This document shows positions 61,929-64,000 of a stretch of DNA of 64,000 nucleotides, one piece after another. Both the position numbers and the translations under genes were made by a program. How positions within the stretch are numbered: position 1 is the first letter of the stretch; the number at the start of each line of letters is the position of its first letter. The notes beneath the pieces were generated by a model. The model searched no databases. It was not told the DNA's origin and was given only the letters and a program-made list of their open reading frames with translations. The DNA comes from Rhodanobacter sp. (GTDB lineage: Bacteria > Pseudomonadota > Gammaproteobacteria > Xanthomonadales > Rhodanobacteraceae), in contig JBARCX010000199.1 of NCBI GenBank assembly GCA_049794535.1, positions 2,207 through 66,206 on the forward strand, written 5' to 3'.

Positions 61929-63188
61929 ATGTCCATGCATCCCGTTATTTCAGCATTGCGCCGGCACAAGGCCGGCACGATCCTCATTGCGCTTCAAATC
62001 GCGTTGACCCTCGCGATTGTTTGCAATGCCTTGTTTATCATCAGGGCGCGGTTCGAGCAGATGGCCCGTCCCACGGGAATCGATGAGAGCGATCTGTTGT
62101 TCGTCAATACGGCGCATACCGGCATTGATAACGACACCGACGCCGGCAAGGCGGCACTTGATGCGTCGATCAAGGCGGACCTCGCCACGCTGCGGCAATT
62201 GCCAGATGTGGCGGATGCTTACGAGTCCAATTCGCTTCCCTTGACCGATATGAGTTGGGGGCTTGGATTAAGGCTCACACCGAGCGCGCACGGTGGTGCC
62301 TATACCCAGTTCTACCACGCCGACGAGCATGCCCTGGCAACGTTGGGTGTGCATTTGGTGGCAGGGCGAAATTTCCGTAACGACGAGATCGGTGCTCAAC
62401 CACTGCTTGGGACCATGCAGCCCGCGGTCATTATCGTCACCAAACATTTGGCGGATGAGCTGTTTCCAAAGGGTGATGCACTGGGCAAGCAGGTCTATTT
62501 CAGTGGGCCCACAACGCCAAGCACCATCGTTGGCATTCTCGATCGCTTGCAAACGGGCGCTAGCCAAAGTTCAACGGATAGCCGGGCATGGAACTCGACA
62601 TTGATCCCGGCACACATGGTGGAGCCTTCTCGCTACTACGTGGTGCGCGCCAAGCCGGGTCGATTGGCCGCTGCAATGCAGAGCGTGCCTGCGGCTTTGT
62701 TTGCACAAGATCCACAGCGCGTCATTCCAGACGGTGTGGGTGACGATGGCGACGGCGTACTCAGCTTCGCGCAGATTCGTGAGCAGGCCTATCAAAGCGA
62801 CCGCTCGCTTGCACTCCTGATGGGCGTGATCTGCATCATCCTGCTGGCAGTCACCGGAGCGGGTGTCGCTGGGCTTTCCAGCTTCTGGGTAGGTCAGCGT
62901 CGACGGCAAATTGGCGTGCGTCGTGCACTGGGTGCCACCCGACATGACATCCTCAGTTATTTCCTCACCGAGAATGCGCTTATCAGCGGGGCAGGAGTGA
63001 TTGCCGGTATTGCACTGGCCTTCACGTTCAACCGATGGTTGATGGATAGGTTCGAGTTGGCGCGGCTTTCACCGATCTATGTCGTGATCGGAGCGGTGGT
63101 GCTGTTGCTGCTAAGCCAGGGCGCCGCATTTGCTCCCGCGTTGCGGGCATCGCGCATCGTACCGGTGGAAGCTATTCGAGCTTCGTAA
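61929..63188 (+). CDS. FtsX/MacB-type ABC transporter permease (second copy)
   Basis: ALRRHKAGTILIALQIALTLAIV.., and a C-terminal QIGVRRALGA plus three TMs. Confidence 0.8.
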   Translation: MSMHPVISALRRHKAGTILIALQIALTLAIVCNALFIIRARFEQMARPTGIDESDLLFVNTAHTGIDNDTDAGKAALDASIKADLATLRQLPDVADAYESNSLPLTDMSWGLGLRLTPSAHGGAYTQFYHADEHALATLGVHLVAGRNFRNDEIGAQPLLGTMQPAVIIVTKHLADELFPKGDALGKQVYFSGPTTPSTIVGILDRLQTGASQSSTDSRAWNSTLIPAHMVEPSRYYVVRAKPGRLAAAMQSVPAALFAQDPQRVIPDGVGDDGDGVLSFAQIREQAYQSDRSLALLMGVICIILLAVTGAGVAGLSSFWVGQRRRQIGVRRALGATRHDILSYFLTENALISGAGVIAGIALAFTFNRWLMDRFELARLSPIYVVIGAVVLLLLSQGAAFAPALRASRIVPVEAIRAS

Positions 63189-63233
63189 TGTTTATGGATG
63201 ACGGCGAAGATGCATGAGCCTAGCGCGTAAAAG

Positions 63234-64000
63234 TTACGCGCTGGGCTGAGCCCGTCTTTTGTCGAGAAGAGCAAACGTCATCGCGGAGCCCCCAAGCGAG
63301 AACAAGATGGGGATCAGGAAATCGTGATTGACGCGCGTAAATTCGAGAATAAGCACCACCGCAGTTAGCGGCATTTTCATCGCACTACCAAGAAATGCCG
63401 CTGCCCCCACGATGGCAAAGGCGCCCAGCGGTGTGCCGGGCCAGATCAGATTCCATAAGCCGCCCAACACAATCGCAAACAAGGCACCGTTGGTCAGGCT
63501 TGGTGTGAGCAGGCCGCCTTGCGCACCGGCGCGCAAACTGCTGGAGGTGATCACCACCTTGAGCACCAGGAGTGTTGCGGCAAGCCCAATGGTGAGGTTG
63601 TCGTCAAAACTCAGCCCGGCCGGCCCTTTCCCGTTACCCAGCAACTGTGGATACCAGATAGCCAATACGCCAATCAGTGCGAAATTCACGATCGACATCA
63701 CGGGAAGCTTCCAGTTCTTGGGCGCCGCTTCGCGTGCCCACTTGGTCACTTCATGAAATCCATAAGCAGCTAGCCCGAACAGCGGACCGCATACGGCCGA
63801 CCACACGACAAGCGATGCGCTGATATCGAAGGTCGGTACGACATATTGCGATTCGTTTCCCAGTCCGATCCACGCCACCATGGCGGCGATGCCTGAGGTG
63901 ACCATCGCCGGCAAGATAGCTGACCATGCGAACGTGCAAAGCAGAACTTCGAGTACGAATATCGTTCCGCCTAACGGCACGTTATAGACCGCTGCCAGGC
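63234..64000 (-). CDS. ClC family chloride channel / H+-Cl- antiporter (C-terminal part; gene continues past the window)
   Basis: PLGGTIFVLEV and GGLLTPSL selectivity-filter-type motifs. The ORF remains open to the window end. Confidence 0.8.
   Translation of the reverse strand, partial: LAAVYNVPLGGTIFVLEVLLCTFAWSAILPAMVTSGIAAMVAWIGLGNESQYVVPTFDISASLVVWSAVCGPLFGLAAYGFHEVTKWAREAAPKNWKLPVMSIVNFALIGVLAIWYPQLLGNGKGPAGLSFDDNLTIGLAATLLVLKVVITSSSLRAGAQGGLLTPSLTNGALFAIVLGGLWNLIWPGTPLGAFAIVGAAAFLGSAMKMPLTAVVLILEFTRVNHDFLIPILFSLGGSAMTFALLDKRRAQPSA

Noticed and set aside
63222-63242. Perfect hairpin agcgcgtaa-aag-ttacgcgct between the second permease gene and the ClC gene, considered as a terminator.
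   Set aside because: There is no U-run on either strand, and the right arm contains the ClC stop codon. It is too weak to call as a feature.

Overview
High-GC (about 60-65%) gammaproteobacterial chromosome segment with Xanthomonadales-like gene order (organism assignment is inference). It is mostly housekeeping: trmB-thiG-thiS, rimK, lgt-thyA, folA, apt, msrA, xerD-dsbC, purL, cstA-ybdD, def, uppP, pyrF, ettA, glyA-nrdR-ribD. Accessory content includes three large TonB-dependent receptors (two are tandem paralogs), an OmpR/HK two-component pair, transporters, and secreted hydrolases. One tRNA-Gly(CCC) is present. I found no rRNA, CRISPR array, transposase or phage integrase. The best candidate for something new is a ~1.4 kb lower-GC islet directly 3' of the tRNA. 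It carries a small two-gene cassette that, from memory, resembles the Tse2 toxin and Tsi2 immunity protein, with no T6SS genes in the window. A 283-bp nested inverted-repeat element splits the two genes. The second candidate is a shared regulatory architecture upstream of the two paralogous TonB-dependent receptor genes. It has a 42-nt promoter/operator block identical at 41 positions, followed by ~180-nt leaders with an SD-mimic / anti-SD / SD arrangement. That suggests an uncharacterised cis-regulatory RNA. Other observations are a frameshifted S9 peptidase, a two-lobed aspartic-protease-like gene wedged between thyA and folA, a REP-like repeat family, and an accessory insertion right after ribD. 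All calls come from reading the sequence and the ORF translations. No database search was run, so family names are recognition from memory and need HMM confirmation.
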